Shown: piece by piece, positions 25,129 through 25,903 of the stretch
How the letters are laid out: each line of letters opens with the position of its first letter
Position numbering within the stretch: the stretch's first letter is position 1
NCBI GenBank assembly: GCA_043785205.1
Contig: JAYVXM010000029.1
Span: forward strand, 1-25,903
DNA from: Bdellovibrionales bacterium
Lineage (GTDB): Bacteria > Bdellovibrionota > UBA1018
Reading direction: 5' to 3'
Length of the DNA: 25,903 nucleotides
Made by a program: the position numbers and the translations under genes
The notes under the pieces: generated by a model
The model's database searches: none
Seen by the model: only the letters and a program-made list of their open reading frames with translations
Told to the model about the DNA's origin: nothing

Positions 25129-25903
25129 ATGAAACTCTTCCTAAGGACGGCGCCCCTGGGTTTATCCCTGGCGCTGTCGACGATCGCGTCCCCCGCCCAC
25201 GCCGACTGGTCCGATCCGCCGGTCGCCTGCATCGAAGATCTCGTTCCGAAATTCCTACCGTGCCTCGACCTCGCGACGGTTGCGGATCCGTACGGCGACT
25301 TTCCGGCCGGCACGACCGATGCGGAAAAACGCTATTGGACGGTGGACCACCGCGCGGATCTTTCTTACTGCCGTTCGAAGGAAGTCCAGCGGCGGGAAGC
25401 CGCCCATCCCGGGAGTCAGAGCGCGAACTACCTCGAAAACGCGTGGATGTGGGTGAAGCAGGCCGATCAGCTCCCCGAAAAACTCGACGAAATCTATTCG
25501 GCCGCCGAAGCGGCGGACATGCCGCCCCAGATTCTTTTCGGCGCACTCAAGCAGGAGTCTCTTCTTTCGAACCTCGGCATCACCGTCGACGGAGCGAATT
25601 TTTCCTGCGGCATCGGCCAGATCAATATCTTCGAATGGTGCCAGTATGTGAGTAACCTTCCGCGCGCGGAACAGACGCGTATGGGCTGGCCGGTCGGTCT
25701 CGCCTGCACGGAGGCGACCTTGACGACCGAGCTCGTTCGCCCCTTTTACGTGATTGCCCTCGCGAAGATGCACGGTCGCCCCGACTACGAACTCACGCCC
25801 GCCGAATTCGCGGGGATCGCGGAAAAAGACGTCGTCCCGCACTTTCCGACGGCCGATCCGGCCCTTCAGCACGACCGCTTCCTCGCGGTTTCGAACTTCG
25901 TGA
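25129..25903 (+). CDS. Secreted lysozyme-like / lytic transglycosylase (SLT-type) domain protein, 3' end beyond window edge
   Basis: Not in the ORF track. Hand translation from ATG 25129 (SD GGAG) is stop-free to the end: MKLFLRTAPLGLSLALSTIASPAHA (signal)...IYSAAEAADMPPQILFGALKQES...CGIGQIN, matching SLT motifs I (catalytic Glu in QES) and II (GxxQ). Confidence 0.8.
   Translation, partial: MKLFLRTAPLGLSLALSTIASPAHADWSDPPVACIEDLVPKFLPCLDLATVADPYGDFPAGTTDAEKRYWTVDHRADLSYCRSKEVQRREAAHPGSQSANYLENAWMWVKQADQLPEKLDEIYSAAEAADMPPQILFGALKQESLLSNLGITVDGANFSCGIGQINIFEWCQYVSNLPRAEQTRMGWPVGLACTEATLTTELVRPFYVIALAKMHGRPDYELTPAEFAGIAEKDVVPHFPTADPALQHDRFLAVSNFV

Noticed and set aside
643-25872. Long antisense ORFs (643..1455, 4153..5622, 5805..7406, 12238..14034, 16274..17491, 18735..19688, 21735..22553, 25255..25872 and similar)
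   Set aside because: Each mirrors a recognisable gene on the other strand; Arg/Asp/Gly/His-rich with no motifs, as expected from GC3 bias.
1-25903. CRISPR array, tRNA/rRNA, transposase, integrase or prophage genes
   Set aside because: No regularly spaced repeats, cloverleafs or mobile-element motifs seen; intergenic gaps are short and codon style is uniform.

Overview
GC-rich, gene-dense bacterial chromosomal window with no rRNA, tRNA, CRISPR array or mobile element that I can support. The repertoire (many secreted hydrolases, lipoproteins, orphan motAB, a complete ExbBD-TonB-receptor set) suggests a Bdellovibrionota/Oligoflexia-like, possibly predatory, organism; this is inference, not a database result. 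In order: a tandem VOC/glyoxalase gene missed by the ORF track (runs off the left edge) behind a plant/Bacteroidetes-type methionine gamma-lyase-like gene; a 1206-aa secreted unknown protein translationally coupled to a 1077-aa S8 protease; a stand-alone lipoprotein with a sigma54-like promoter and its own terminator; a 7-gene minus-strand run (5'-nucleotidase lipoprotein, Cys-to-Asp [2Fe-2S] ferredoxin, exbB, exbD, tonB, TonB-dependent receptor, lipoprotein); a papain-like peptidase; motA/motB with a degenerate wall-binding domain; a trypsin-like protease behind a structured leader; a LysR regulator divergent from a heme-oxygenase-like diiron enzyme plus SAM methyltransferase; an AEC transporter; and a secreted lytic-transglycosylase-like gene missed by the ORF track (runs off the right edge). 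Best candidates for undescribed systems: the LysR-HDO-methyltransferase unit, the giant protein/S8 pair, and the nucleotidase-ferredoxin-Ton operon.
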